From assembly GCA_964514595.1 (NCBI GenBank), contig CAZEQZ010000002.1:250898-314897 (forward strand): 64,000 nt of DNA. The letters run 5' to 3'. The translations under genes were made by a program, and so were the position numbers. Below the pieces are notes generated by a model. It was not told where the DNA came from. It did no database searches and saw only the letters and a program-made list of their open reading frames with translations. Each line of letters starts with the position of its first letter. Positions within the stretch are counted from its first letter, which is position 1. Origin of the DNA: an uncultured Candidatus Saccharibacteria bacterium. Lineage in GTDB: Bacteria > Patescibacteriota > Dojkabacteria > SC72. Of the stretch, positions 37,901-48,355 are shown in pieces.

Positions 37901-38839
37901 CTGCCTAAAACCTTCTAGATACTGAATTCTTCTTACAGTTATAGTTCTCTTATCTCCCTTTTCCTTCTCAGCTCTTCTTCTTAATTTTTTAATCTCCTTT
38001 TCTATATCCAATTGCTCCAAAAGCTTCTTAATTGCCTCCGCCCCCATCATTGCCTCAAAGAATATCAAATCTCTTTCTAAAAGATCCATATATTCATCTT
38101 CCGAAAGAACTGTACCTACATGTAGTTTGTCTATTATTTGATTAATTCTTGTATAGAAAGAATCTATCTGTTCCTCTTTCTCTGCAAATTCCTTCCTTAC
38201 CTTTGCCAAAGCTTGATTTCTCTTGTGCTCTATTTGGCTAATTTTGAAATCATCACCTTTTTCTTTCGATTTTTTGAGCTCATCTAGCTGAGAGCTATAA
38301 ATACTTTCCGTACTCTTTAATTCCTCTTGAAGCTGTTTCTCCAAATCCTTCAACTCTTCCTCCCTCAACTGTATTGCTTTTTCTACTACCTCTACCTTTT
38401 TATCTTTCTCAACATCTACTACCATGTATCTTGTGTAGTATATTACTGAAAGAAGCTTTTTATGCGATATATCTAATACGATAGACATTTTATTAGGTAT
38501 ACCGTATGCAAACCAAACATGTGCAACGGGTACTGCTAAATCGATATGGCCCATTCTCTCTCTTCTTGAATCCTGTGTTGTTACTTCAACTCCACACTTA
38601 TCACAAACTATTCCCTTATATCGGATCTTCTTGTATTTACCACAGTAGCATTCGTAGTTTTTTGTAGGACCAAATATCTTTTCACAGAATAGACCATCAG
38701 GTTCAGCCCTGAATGTTCTATAGTTGATTGTCTCAGCTTTGGTAACCTCTCCGTATGACCACTCTAATATCTGGTCGGGAGAAGCTAGTGTTAGCTTTAA
38801 AACATCAAAATCTTCAAATCCATTCTTAGTTTTCTTCAT
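34958..38839 (-). CDS. rpoC: DNA-directed RNA polymerase subunit beta'
   Basis: 1293 aa; NADFDGDQMAVH catalytic motif; zinc-binding N-terminus. Confidence 0.95.
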   Translation of the reverse strand: MKKTKNGFEDFDVLKLTLASPDQILEWSYGEVTKAETINYRTFRAEPDGLFCEKIFGPTKNYECYCGKYKKIRYKGIVCDKCGVEVTTQDSRRERMGHIDLAVPVAHVWFAYGIPNKMSIVLDISHKKLLSVIYYTRYMVVDVEKDKKVEVVEKAIQLREEELKDLEKQLQEELKSTESIYSSQLDELKKSKEKGDDFKISQIEHKRNQALAKVRKEFAEKEEQIDSFYTRINQIIDKLHVGTVLSEDEYMDLLERDLIFFEAMMGAEAIKKLLEQLDIEKEIKKLRRRAEKEKGDKRTITVRRIQYLEGFRQNSINPAWMVLETLPVLPPELRPIIPLSGGKFATSDLNDLYRRIINRNNRLAKLIEIGAPDVILRNEKRMLQESVDALIDNSHRPSKPMMNSKRLPYQSLTDDLRGKKGIFRKNLLGKRVDYSGRAVIDGDPSLKFDQCGLPKSVALEMFKPFVIFQLLDRELAPNVRVAKEMVEEESDMIWDILEQVIKNRPVLLNRAPTLHKYSVQAFYPKLVEGEAIRIHPLVCKAFNADFDGDQMAVHILLTKEAEEEAKREMMSSKSIVNISNGQVLATPAKDMLIGFFLMTDLKKVEKPKLFADANTAIKAYERDLIKIDEEIVVKVKGNTVNTSVGRVIFNNVLPDDYGYINEQINIKSVNTIIDDIKTDRSLEEVVEILDALKLLGFKYATDLGFSFSMGDCKVDFDLETEIKKMEEKDEQLQENYLQGLMTKSEKITISTGMWDDFANELADQAWEKLDKDNSIYQMVESGGNGGKIQARQVLTIKGVVRDSRGNWVPMPIKSNYRDGLSAFEYFVAANGGRKGIADRSLKTSSSGYLTRKLVDVAHDVIVRTEDCGYEGEGFIMRKEDDRRIDFKSRVYGRVLAQDIKKGKETIAKKNETITKEIAEIIEKENIEEIYVRTPILCEAPLGICKKCYGTNLENGQEIEMGKAVGVIAAQSIGEPGTQMTMQTFHKGGVAKVDITQGLPRIEELFEARTPKAEAEVASIDGKIHIEVAEDESAVITITGEKRMVRYYVISKAKKVLVEDGQSVKSGQVIYIDAEEVERQAPFDSKVSIEGGILTVEGNIKAEEIVSVLPGVSILVEDGQTIKAGTQLTEGSVDPKKLSEVSDVLTAQKYILDGVQKVFNEQGVPIDDIHIEIILRQMMRLGRVFESGDSDYLVGSLVNRFLAEAKNDLLLEEGKNKALIIPKLLGIKASSLYTESFLSAMSFQEHVRVLTSTAILGKTDFLRGMKENVIIGRPIPVGEGAEIEDIREVPELNF

Positions 38840-41800
38840 TTTCTTTTACCTCCTCTTCCTTAGGTTTAGTAGAAATTAAATCAAGGTTTAGACAAAGAGC
38901 ATTTAATTCCTTGACTAATACTTTAAATGACTCTGGGATATTAACATTCTCTATTTTATCCCCATGTATAATAGCTTTATAGGCTGCAGATCTACCCTTA
39001 ATATCATCCGATTTAATAGTTAACATTTCCTGTAGAGCATAAGGAGCCGTGTGTGCCTCTAGAGCCCAGACTTCCATTTCTCCAAATCTTTGCCCACCCA
39101 TTTGTGCTTTTCCTCCTAATGGCTGTTGCGAGACTGCTGTGTATGGCCCTGTTGATCTTGCATGTACTTTTTCATCTGCAATGTGATGAAGTTTAAGAAC
39201 ATATTTAGTCCCTACTGTAATTTTATTTGGGAACTTTTTACCTGTTCTACCATCATATAAATCAACCTTCTCTTCCATATTTTCTCCAACTTTCTCTAGT
39301 TCTTCCTTCATCCATTCAAGATTTTCCCCTTCAAATATTGGGAAAGCCAATTTCTCATTAATCATCTCCGCATATCTTCCAAAATGTACTTCCTCTGCCT
39401 GACCCATATTCATTCTCTTAAGGAATGTTGGGGTTAAGACAATATCCACCGGTTCCCCATCTTCTGTGAATGGCATATCTTCTATCGGCCTAATTGCAGC
39501 AATTGTATTTTTGTCTCCGTGTCTTCCTGCTATTTTGTCTCCGAAGTCTATCTTTTTCGTATTAGCAACCCATACCTTTACTTCATGTAATACTCCTGGT
39601 TGTAGTTTATCTCCCTTTTCAGCAGAGAGTACCTGACTTCTTACAACTATTCCCTCTTCTCCATGAGGTATTCTTAGAGAGTTATCTCTAACATCACTCG
39701 CCGATTCTCCAAAAATTGCTCTTAGTAATCTCTCTTCAGCCGTAAGCTCTTTCTCTCCTCTTGGTGCAACTACCCCTACCAATATATCTCCTGATTTTAC
39801 TCTTACTCCCGATCTCACAATTCCTCTATCATCCAATTTTCTCAATATCCTTTCATTAACGTGAGGAATGTCCGCAGTTATTATTTCAGGTCCTAATTCT
39901 GTATCACGAACAGATACTGTATGCTCTCTAATGTGTACAGATGTTAGAAGGTCATTTCTTACAATCCTCTCCGATATTATGACCGAATCCTCATAGTTAT
40001 ACCCTTCATAGAACATTAGTGCAGCTTTTAAGTTTATACCAACCGAAAGCTCTCCCCCGACCATTGTTGGACCATCTACTAACACATCTCCCTTCTTAAA
40101 TTTACTACCTGTATCTAGTGCAGGTCTCTGAGTAAAAGATGTATTATCATTACTTCTGTAGAAAGAAAGTAACTCATATTCCCTTAATCCTAATTCTTTA
40201 TACTTTACAGATACTCTATTAGCATCTGCATACAGGACTTCACCATCATCTTTTGCAAAAATTCCCCACGAAGATTGTCTTGCAACAACCTCTTCCAATC
40301 CTGTTCCAACGACAGGTGCTTCCTGTTTAACAAGGGGCACTGCTTGCCTCTGCATGTTTGAACCTGTCAACGCACGCATAGCATCATTGTGGGAAACAAA
40401 AGGAATTAGTGCCATACCCAATCCTGCCTGTTGACTTGCTAATACATCAACGTATTTCACAATATCTACATCCTCAATCATGAAATCGCCACCGTGTCTA
40501 ACTGGGACCAAGGTATCAGTTATGTTTCCATACTCATCTGTATTGATGGTAGCAGAAGAGATATAGTGCTTCTCTTCGTCCATTGCGTCTAAATACTCTA
40601 TCTCATCCATTAAGAATGGCTTTACCTTGACTGTTTTAACATCTTTAAGTTTTGTTATTTTCTCAACTAAAATTTCATCTATTTTTTCTCCTGCCTTTGC
40701 TACTTTATTATTCCCCTTTTTAATATCTTCGGCCAATATTCTGTTAAGTAGATTCGTTTTGTTATTATTTACCTTACTAGAAACCTTTCTATATGGTGCC
40801 TCTAGGAAGCCAAATTCATTTATTCTAGCCAACATAGCAAGCTGTACAACAACACCTATATTTGAACTTTCTGGACTTGTCACAGGGTCAAACTTGGAAT
40901 AGTGAGAATTATGTACCTCACGAATTGAGAACGTTGCTCTCTCCTTTGCTATACCCCCAGGGCCACCAGCAGTTACTTTTCTCTTATTTTCCAACTCTGA
41001 AAGAATATTTGTCTGATCCATGAAGCTAGAGAGTGCATTTGCTCCAAAGAAAGATTGTATAGAAGCTGCTATTGGTTTAGTACTTATTAACATAGATGGT
41101 GTAACCTTTGCGTCTTGCCCATATAAACTCATCTTATCTTTAATATTCTTTTCCAACCTTCTAATACCCGAATTAAGCTGTCTTTCAAGGATCTCTCCCA
41201 CACTTCTAATCCTCCTATTACAAAGATGATCTATATCATCAGGATCAACCACCCCGTTATTGATTTGAATTAATCTCTTTACTATTAAAACAATATCGGA
41301 GGGGTATAATACAACCTGCTCTGGATCATTAATATCATATTTAGTACCTAGCTTCCTATTTAATTGGTATCTGCCAATTTTCCCTAAGTCAAATTTTCTT
41401 GGATTAAAGAAGTTACTTTTAATATATCTCTCAGCACTTTCTAAAGTCACAGATTCATCAGGCCTTAGTTTATTGTATATACTAATAACTGCCTCCTCTT
41501 TACTATTCGTAAAATCTCTTGCTAATGTCGCCTCTATATATTTGTACTCCTCATGAGTATCTACATCAGAAAAAAGCTTCCTAATTTCATCATCACTCTC
41601 CCACCCAAATACCCTAAGAAGTTCTGTTATTAATACCTTGGGTCTTTTAGGAAGAATTCTCATAGAGATAACATTATGCCTATTTGTATCCACTTCGTAC
41701 CATGGACCCCTTCCAGGCATCAATCGCACTTTATATAGACTTCTAAGAGGAAGTTTCTCAGATTCTTCATACAGTACACCCTCAGCCCTTACTATCTGAT

Positions 41801-42203
41801 GAGTTACAACTCTTCTAACACCATTAAAAACAAAAACCCCATCATCTGTCATGACGGGGAGATCAGTTACAAATATCTCCTGCTCCTTGATTTCTCCTGT
41901 CTTATTATTTAAAAGTTGCACCTTCGCATACACAGGAATCTCATATGACAAACCTTTACTTATAGCTTCCTCTACACTTCTGTAAGGTTCGCCATATTTA
42001 AAATCTTTGAATTCCAAGGTCCACATTCTCTCCATAGTATCCTTTACAGGATTTATTTCAGAGAAAAGCCTTTGGAACCCATTATCTTGAAAATCCTTAA
42101 AAGAAGCAATCTGTGCCTCTATCAAATTTGGGAATTCCATCTCACCGGAATAGTTTAATCCCAAATTTATTCTTCCGGATCTACTACGCTTGGGTTTTAC
42201 CAT
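38826..42203 (-). CDS. rpoB: DNA-directed RNA polymerase subunit beta
   Basis: 1125 aa; canonical RpoB conserved blocks; 14-nt overlap with rpoC. Confidence 0.95.
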   Translation of the reverse strand: MVKPKRSRSGRINLGLNYSGEMEFPNLIEAQIASFKDFQDNGFQRLFSEINPVKDTMERMWTLEFKDFKYGEPYRSVEEAISKGLSYEIPVYAKVQLLNNKTGEIKEQEIFVTDLPVMTDDGVFVFNGVRRVVTHQIVRAEGVLYEESEKLPLRSLYKVRLMPGRGPWYEVDTNRHNVISMRILPKRPKVLITELLRVFGWESDDEIRKLFSDVDTHEEYKYIEATLARDFTNSKEEAVISIYNKLRPDESVTLESAERYIKSNFFNPRKFDLGKIGRYQLNRKLGTKYDINDPEQVVLYPSDIVLIVKRLIQINNGVVDPDDIDHLCNRRIRSVGEILERQLNSGIRRLEKNIKDKMSLYGQDAKVTPSMLISTKPIAASIQSFFGANALSSFMDQTNILSELENKRKVTAGGPGGIAKERATFSIREVHNSHYSKFDPVTSPESSNIGVVVQLAMLARINEFGFLEAPYRKVSSKVNNNKTNLLNRILAEDIKKGNNKVAKAGEKIDEILVEKITKLKDVKTVKVKPFLMDEIEYLDAMDEEKHYISSATINTDEYGNITDTLVPVRHGGDFMIEDVDIVKYVDVLASQQAGLGMALIPFVSHNDAMRALTGSNMQRQAVPLVKQEAPVVGTGLEEVVARQSSWGIFAKDDGEVLYADANRVSVKYKELGLREYELLSFYRSNDNTSFTQRPALDTGSKFKKGDVLVDGPTMVGGELSVGINLKAALMFYEGYNYEDSVIISERIVRNDLLTSVHIREHTVSVRDTELGPEIITADIPHVNERILRKLDDRGIVRSGVRVKSGDILVGVVAPRGEKELTAEERLLRAIFGESASDVRDNSLRIPHGEEGIVVRSQVLSAEKGDKLQPGVLHEVKVWVANTKKIDFGDKIAGRHGDKNTIAAIRPIEDMPFTEDGEPVDIVLTPTFLKRMNMGQAEEVHFGRYAEMINEKLAFPIFEGENLEWMKEELEKVGENMEEKVDLYDGRTGKKFPNKITVGTKYVLKLHHIADEKVHARSTGPYTAVSQQPLGGKAQMGGQRFGEMEVWALEAHTAPYALQEMLTIKSDDIKGRSAAYKAIIHGDKIENVNIPESFKVLVKELNALCLNLDLISTKPKEEEVKENEEN

Positions 42204-42461
42204 AGGATATGTTTTTAGTAATGTTATAAGATATTAACATATAAGAAGCAGTACAAAAACAATTCACTCAAGAATCTTAAATTATACCGCTCTAAAAGCA
42301 AAATTCAGGGACTCGAAGGATATTATCATATTTAAGTGTAATAGTCAAAGGTTTTCTGTATAATTTTAATATATTTTAGAGAATACAATTTTGACAGAAA
42401 TATAATATACTGTATTCTATCTTTGTAAAAATATCCTTAATATCTTATCATATACCATAAA

Positions 42462-44702
42462 ATGCCCAGGAAAAAGAAGAAAAAACCTATTACTATACAA
42501 AGTAGCGAAACCAAGATACTCTTTGGTTTAATACTTTTTTTAAGTGGCCTAACAATATTAATATCTTCGTTTGTACCACAAAATTCTCCTCTATTTGATC
42601 AGATAACTTTGAAATTGGGTTATTCATCAATAGTATGGGGATTATTTTTAATGTATGTTTCTTTCTTTTTGCTCACCAAAAACAAAAGATTTATATCAGG
42701 GAAACAAGCCGGAGGATTATTTCTTTTTTCAGCATGCTTAAGTATTCTCCTTTCCTTTTGGCAAATAGAGGAGCAATTAAACAATCCAGATGCACTAAGA
42801 GGTGCCGGTGGAGAATTAGGAAAACTCTTTCACCTTTCCTTGAATAATGTATTCGGAAGTTTCATTGAGATAGTAATTGTATTAATACTTCTGATAATAT
42901 CTTTCTCCTTAATTACAGGAACTACACTTGAACAGATTAGAGACTTTCTTGAATCTTCCGTTCCTGAAGATAAGGAACAACAGGGCGGAATCTTTGATGT
43001 GGGTTCTTTCTTTAAGAAATTAAGTTCTTCCAAAGAAAACGATATCGACATATCAACTGGAGAAGTTGCAGAGCCAAAGATAGAGACCGAAGAGGACATA
43101 CAGAAGAGGTTAGATAGTATTCTCACGGCAGATGAAGGGAAAGAACCAGAACCCTCGCAAAAGGATGATGATTTTGATGAGAATCTTGTAGATTCAGTCA
43201 AAATATCGGACGAGGTGGAAGACAGAGAACCACAAAAACCTAAATATACTGATTGGGTATTTCCAAATACAGAGATATTACAAGAACCTGAGGTTCAAAA
43301 ACAGAATAAGGAGCTATACAAAGAGAAAGCTCTCGTAATTGAACAAACTCTTCGGAGTTTTGGGATACAAGCAAAGGTTGTCCAGGTATCTGTAGGCCCT
43401 ACAGTACTAAGATTTTCCCTAAGTATTAGTGTGGGCGTAAAGGTTTCAAGAATCAAGAACTTAAGTAATGATTTAGCATTGGCTCTAGCATCTCAAACAT
43501 CTTCTGTTAGAATAGAGGCCCCTATCCCAGGCACATCCTATGTAGGGGTGGAAATACCAAATCCAACCCCCAATTTTGTATACACTAAGGACATGATCCT
43601 AAGACTTAAGAAAGAAAAGGATAAGTTTGAACTACCACTAATACTTGGAAAAGACATTACTGCCAGAACATGTATTAGAGATTTAGCTAAAATACCACAC
43701 TTGCTCGTAGCTGGGGCCACAGGTACTGGGAAATCTGTTGCTATCAACTCCCTCCTAACAGGACTCCTTATGACCAAAAGTCCTGACGAAGTGAAATTCA
43801 TTATGATAGACCCTAAGATGGGAGTGGAGATGGCCATATATAATGGTATACCTCATCTTCTAAATCCAGTTATCACTGATCCCGAATCCGTAATTAACGC
43901 TCTTCAATGGAGCATCGAGGAAATGATGAGAAGATACAGACAATTAAAACAGGTTAGAGCCAAGAAGCTAACAGAATACAACAAAAAGGTTGGATATATG
44001 GCAATGCCATACATCGTTATTGTAATTGACGAAATGGCAGATCTTATTCTCACATCTGGGATTGAGGTGGAAACCAAGATACAACGATTAGCACAAATGG
44101 GAAGAGCCGTTGGTATACACTTAATTCTCGCTACACAAAAACCCACTGTTAACGTAATCACGGGTTTGATTAAATCGAATATCCCGGGAAGAATGGCCTT
44201 TGCTGTTGCAACCAGTATGGATTCTAGGGTAATTCTTGACGAATCTGGTGCAGAAACGCTATTAGGAAATGGAGACATGCTCTATAAAGACCAAACAACT
44301 CCTAAATCCCTTAGAATACAAGGTACATACACCTCCACAGAGGATTCTGAGAGTGTAATAAAGGCAATTAAAGAGCAAGTTAAGGAGGAAGAAATTGAAT
44401 ATTCAGAAGATCTGTCAGAAGCTATAGAGAAAGGCGTTACAGAAGAATCTCCCAATGGCTCAAGTGAAAGAGATCCTGATTTTGAGAAAGCTTTAGCAGT
44501 CGTCATCGCCACACAGAAGGCATCCTCATCTTTCCTTCAACGTAAAATGAAAATTGGATACAACAAAGCGGCAAGATTAATAGATGAACTATACGAAGCT
44601 GGAGCCATAGGACCTCAGGACGGATCTAAGCCAAGAAAAGTACTAATATCCTCCCCAGACCAGATCTCCGCTCTCAACAAAGGTGACGAAAGTGGTGAAT
44701 AA
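42462..44702 (+). CDS. ftsK: DNA translocase FtsK
   Basis: 746 aa; N-terminal 4 TM helices; motor-domain Walker A GATGTGKS; C-terminal gamma winged helix. Confidence 0.85.
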   Translation: MPRKKKKKPITIQSSETKILFGLILFLSGLTILISSFVPQNSPLFDQITLKLGYSSIVWGLFLMYVSFFLLTKNKRFISGKQAGGLFLFSACLSILLSFWQIEEQLNNPDALRGAGGELGKLFHLSLNNVFGSFIEIVIVLILLIISFSLITGTTLEQIRDFLESSVPEDKEQQGGIFDVGSFFKKLSSSKENDIDISTGEVAEPKIETEEDIQKRLDSILTADEGKEPEPSQKDDDFDENLVDSVKISDEVEDREPQKPKYTDWVFPNTEILQEPEVQKQNKELYKEKALVIEQTLRSFGIQAKVVQVSVGPTVLRFSLSISVGVKVSRIKNLSNDLALALASQTSSVRIEAPIPGTSYVGVEIPNPTPNFVYTKDMILRLKKEKDKFELPLILGKDITARTCIRDLAKIPHLLVAGATGTGKSVAINSLLTGLLMTKSPDEVKFIMIDPKMGVEMAIYNGIPHLLNPVITDPESVINALQWSIEEMMRRYRQLKQVRAKKLTEYNKKVGYMAMPYIVIVIDEMADLILTSGIEVETKIQRLAQMGRAVGIHLILATQKPTVNVITGLIKSNIPGRMAFAVATSMDSRVILDESGAETLLGNGDMLYKDQTTPKSLRIQGTYTSTEDSESVIKAIKEQVKEEEIEYSEDLSEAIEKGVTEESPNGSSERDPDFEKALAVVIATQKASSSFLQRKMKIGYNKAARLIDELYEAGAIGPQDGSKPRKVLISSPDQISALNKGDESGE

Positions 44703-44717
44703 GTAGTAGAATAGGAG

Positions 44718-45659
44718 ATGATTACAGCGGGAGAAGTATTAAAAAACAAAAGAGAATCATTAGGAAAAAGCATAGAGACTGCCTCCTTGGATACTAAGAT
44801 ACAGAGACGCTTTCTTCAATACATAGAGAACAATCAATTTTCCTTTTTCGATTCCGAAGTATTCCTAACAGGATTTATAAAAATATACGCACAATATCTA
44901 AACCTTGATGTTGACAAAGTATTAGCACTATACAGAAGAAGTAATCCTAAAAGAAAAGAACCCAAATCCCTTAAAAAGGAACCCAAACTTCCTAAGAGGG
45001 GGATTAGAGCGGATCTATTAAATCCAAAAACAGTAATAACTACTCTGTTAATACTATTTTTAACCTTAATAATAGGATACATAGGTTTTCAAATATATAA
45101 GTTTCAAAGCCCCCCCGAACTAAATATCACAGAACCTCTTTCCGACATAGAGACAAAATTGGAAGAAATTTCTGTAAAAGGAAAAACCGAAATAAATACA
45201 ACTGTAGAAATTAATGGCACTTCCCTAGAACCAAATGATAATGGAACGTTTGAAAAGATAGTAAAGTTAAATGAAGGAATTAATATTATAACTATCCGAG
45301 CGAGAAAAGATGGCAATAACACTCTAGAAACAGTAGTGACTAGAAAAGTTACACTCATCAAACCTCAAGAAGATTCGGAAGATGGAGATCAATCCCCGGA
45401 AAGTATCCTAAAATTAGAAATAACCGATTCTTCTGCCTGGATAAGATTGGATATAGATGATGAAAATAAACTTTCACAAGTGGTAGAACCATCTACATTG
45501 GAATACCCTGTTAATAACAAATTTTATATAATAACTGGAAGAGTAAGTAGCACGAAACTGTACTATAACAACATTCCTGTAGAGTGGAGACCCACACAAA
45601 CAACTGGCGTAGCCGAGCTTTCCTGTACCGTATCAGAATTCACAATCACTTGTGAATAA
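44718..45659 (+). CDS. RodZ-like cytoskeleton protein (cytoplasmic HTH, single TM, extracytoplasmic C-domain)
   Basis: 313 aa; N-terminal HTH_25-like segment; TM VITTLLILFLTLIIGYIGFQIY. Confidence 0.5.
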   Translation: MITAGEVLKNKRESLGKSIETASLDTKIQRRFLQYIENNQFSFFDSEVFLTGFIKIYAQYLNLDVDKVLALYRRSNPKRKEPKSLKKEPKLPKRGIRADLLNPKTVITTLLILFLTLIIGYIGFQIYKFQSPPELNITEPLSDIETKLEEISVKGKTEINTTVEINGTSLEPNDNGTFEKIVKLNEGINIITIRARKDGNNTLETVVTRKVTLIKPQEDSEDGDQSPESILKLEITDSSAWIRLDIDDENKLSQVVEPSTLEYPVNNKFYIITGRVSSTKLYYNNIPVEWRPTQTTGVAELSCTVSEFTITCE

Positions 45660-45698
45660 AAGCTCAAATATCCCATAAATGATATAATCTATCCAACA

Positions 45699-47414
45699 AT
45701 GGATTCTGATAATAATCAAATAGAAGAAATTAAAAATAGGCTTGATATCGTTCAGGTAATAGAAAAATACGTAAAACTTAAGCAGGCTGGGAAAAATTTC
45801 TCAGGACTTTGCCCATTCCACAACGAGAAAACCCCTTCTTTTATAGTAAGCCCAGACCTACAAAGATACAAATGCTTTGGATGTGGGGAGACAGGGGATA
45901 TATACAATTTCCTTCAGAAGATAGAGAATATCGATTTCCCAGAAGCTTTAGAAAGATTAGCAAAACAAGCAGGCGTAGAGTTAAAAAAACAACCTGTGAA
46001 CTCTAAATTTAAAATTCTGGAGGATATAAATTACAACGCTACAAAGTATTTCTATAGCGAATTAAAGAAAAATTCAACGGCACTTAAATATTTAAATGAA
46101 AGAGGATTTAACCAAGAATCTATAAAAACATTTGGTGTTGGATACGCTCCTAAATATCCCAAACTAAAAAATTATCTTTCGAAAATAAAACAGTACAGTA
46201 ATCAAGAGCTGTTAGATTCTGGCCTTTTTACAACCAAGGATGGAATATTAAAAGAAAAGTTCTACGACCGTATAATGTTTCCTATCCGATCCCAGAAAGG
46301 AACAGTACTTGGATTCACAGGAAGGATTCTTCCTGGAAACAACTGGGGTCCTAAGTATATGAACTCTCCCGACACATTGATATTTCATAAAAGAGAGAAT
46401 GTGTTTGGACAGTATGAGTCTAGACAGGAGATTAGAAAAAACGACCTAGCAATACTATGCGAAGGCTCCACAGATGTTATATCTGCACATCAACATGGAA
46501 TAAGAAATATTGTAGCACCACTAGGGACTGGGCTCGGGAAGGAACAACTAATCAATCTGTCACGACTAACAAAGAATTTTCTTTTCTTTTTCGATAGCGA
46601 TGAAGCAGGTAACAATGCTTTGATTAGAGCTTTTAAAATAGCTTCCGAATTAAGATTGAATCCATACGCCACAAATGCCGCACCCTATAAAGATGTAGAT
46701 GAAATTTTACAAAAGGATCCAAAGAAAATGAAATCCTTGATTGAAAACAAAAAAGAGGCATTTTCATTTATACTTTCTAACTACATAGAAAATAAAAATC
46801 TAAACAAATTAGAGGATATCAACAAGGTAAGAACCCTTATAGGCCAACTGTTAGAGACGGTTGCTGATTCAGCCATCAAAGAGCACTACATCAACAAGGC
46901 CTCCACCATAACCAAAATAGCACTGACTGAATTTCGAGAAGAAAAAACAGAAGAAAAAAGAGGCCTAGAGAATAAAACTACCCTTCCCGTGAAATTGGTT
47001 AATAATATTTTAGAGAAGAAATATATACAGTTACTGCTTTTGCTAGAGGAACCTTTGAAACGAAATCTCGTAACGGAGAATCACTTCGCCGAAGAAAAAC
47101 TTAAACAGATTTACAAAGAAATAATTGCTGGGAATTGGAGATCCAAGGAGGCCCTTTTCTCGAAACTGAGACGCAAAGAGGAGTTAGCCGAAACTTTCGA
47201 GAATCTTCTATTTGATCTAGCTGACATACCAACTTCCCAAGAAGAAATTAAAATGGAACTGGATAACCTGGAGAAGAGATTGATAAACGAACATTTGAGA
47301 AGAAAGCAGAAGGAAATAAGCGTTAAAATAGCTATAGCAGAGGAGAAGGGAGATTTAAAGACCTCTCAAAAATACTTAAAAGAATTAACCGAAATAAATA
47401 ACATGTTAAAATGA
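45699..47414 (+). CDS. dnaG: DNA primase
   Basis: 571 aa; CHC2 zinc finger CPFHNEKTPSF…CFGCG; TOPRIM region. Confidence 0.9.
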   Translation: MDSDNNQIEEIKNRLDIVQVIEKYVKLKQAGKNFSGLCPFHNEKTPSFIVSPDLQRYKCFGCGETGDIYNFLQKIENIDFPEALERLAKQAGVELKKQPVNSKFKILEDINYNATKYFYSELKKNSTALKYLNERGFNQESIKTFGVGYAPKYPKLKNYLSKIKQYSNQELLDSGLFTTKDGILKEKFYDRIMFPIRSQKGTVLGFTGRILPGNNWGPKYMNSPDTLIFHKRENVFGQYESRQEIRKNDLAILCEGSTDVISAHQHGIRNIVAPLGTGLGKEQLINLSRLTKNFLFFFDSDEAGNNALIRAFKIASELRLNPYATNAAPYKDVDEILQKDPKKMKSLIENKKEAFSFILSNYIENKNLNKLEDINKVRTLIGQLLETVADSAIKEHYINKASTITKIALTEFREEKTEEKRGLENKTTLPVKLVNNILEKKYIQLLLLLEEPLKRNLVTENHFAEEKLKQIYKEIIAGNWRSKEALFSKLRRKEELAETFENLLFDLADIPTSQEEIKMELDNLEKRLINEHLRRKQKEISVKIAIAEEKGDLKTSQKYLKELTEINNMLK

Positions 47415-48355
47415 AATTAATGGCAGAGATATCTGATTATGACAAATTTGATTACGATTACTCCACCTACTGGAAAGGAAGGAGTTATGAAAACTCCGCC
47501 GAGAAGCATATATTAAACAAAGTCTTTAATTCAAAAAGAGGCCAGTTGTTCCTAGATATAGGGGGATCATATGGGAGATTAACATCAACTTATCACGAAC
47601 AGTACAAAAAACCAATTATTCTGGATTATTCCTTAAAAACATTACAAAGAAACAATGAAATACTACAAAGTAAGTATCCTAATGTGGAATTAATTGCTGC
47701 AAATGCATATAAATTACCCTTTAAGAACAATTCTTTCGATGGAGCACTGATGGTAAGGGTATTGCATCATATTGAAAAACCTAAGATCTATTTTAAGGAA
47801 TTAAGAAGGATATTAAAACACGACTCTACATATGTTCAGGAATATGCGAATAAAAAACATATCAAAGCTGTAATAAGGGCGTTATTAAAATTGGATCTGT
47901 CAATATTTTCTCCAGAACCGTACCAACAACCAAAAGCTCATAACTCCGAAGGCTCTCAAGATGATCAGGAGAGCATTTTCTACAACTATCACCCAAAATA
48001 TATTAAGAACTTATTACAAACTAACAAATTTATACTGAAGAAAAAATACGGCTGTTCATTCTTAAGATCACCACTCATAAAGAAGATTTTCAATGATGAT
48101 ATCTTGATGTTTTTTGAAAAGATATTTCAAGAAACCCTTTCCTGGAGCGACATTTCTCCTAGCATATTCTTAGACACACAAGTCAAGAAAGATGAGGGAG
48201 AGTACGACATAGAGGACCTCACCTTGGAAGATATACTTGCATGTCCCACTTGTAAAGACTCCCTTATATTCGAGAGTCACTCTGTTGCTGTATGTAATAA
48301 GTGCTCCCAAAGTTTTTTCAAAAAGGACGGTATTTGGGATTTTAGGGTTAAATAA
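47411..48355 (+). CDS. class I SAM-dependent methyltransferase with C-terminal Trm112-like zinc-ribbon
   Basis: 314 aa; motif I FLDIGGSYGRL; C-terminal CPTCKDSL…CNKCSQ; ATGA overlap with dnaG stop. Confidence 0.6.
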   Translation: MKLMAEISDYDKFDYDYSTYWKGRSYENSAEKHILNKVFNSKRGQLFLDIGGSYGRLTSTYHEQYKKPIILDYSLKTLQRNNEILQSKYPNVELIAANAYKLPFKNNSFDGALMVRVLHHIEKPKIYFKELRRILKHDSTYVQEYANKKHIKAVIRALLKLDLSIFSPEPYQQPKAHNSEGSQDDQESIFYNYHPKYIKNLLQTNKFILKKKYGCSFLRSPLIKKIFNDDILMFFEKIFQETLSWSDISPSIFLDTQVKKDEGEYDIEDLTLEDILACPTCKDSLIFESHSVAVCNKCSQSFFKKDGIWDFRVK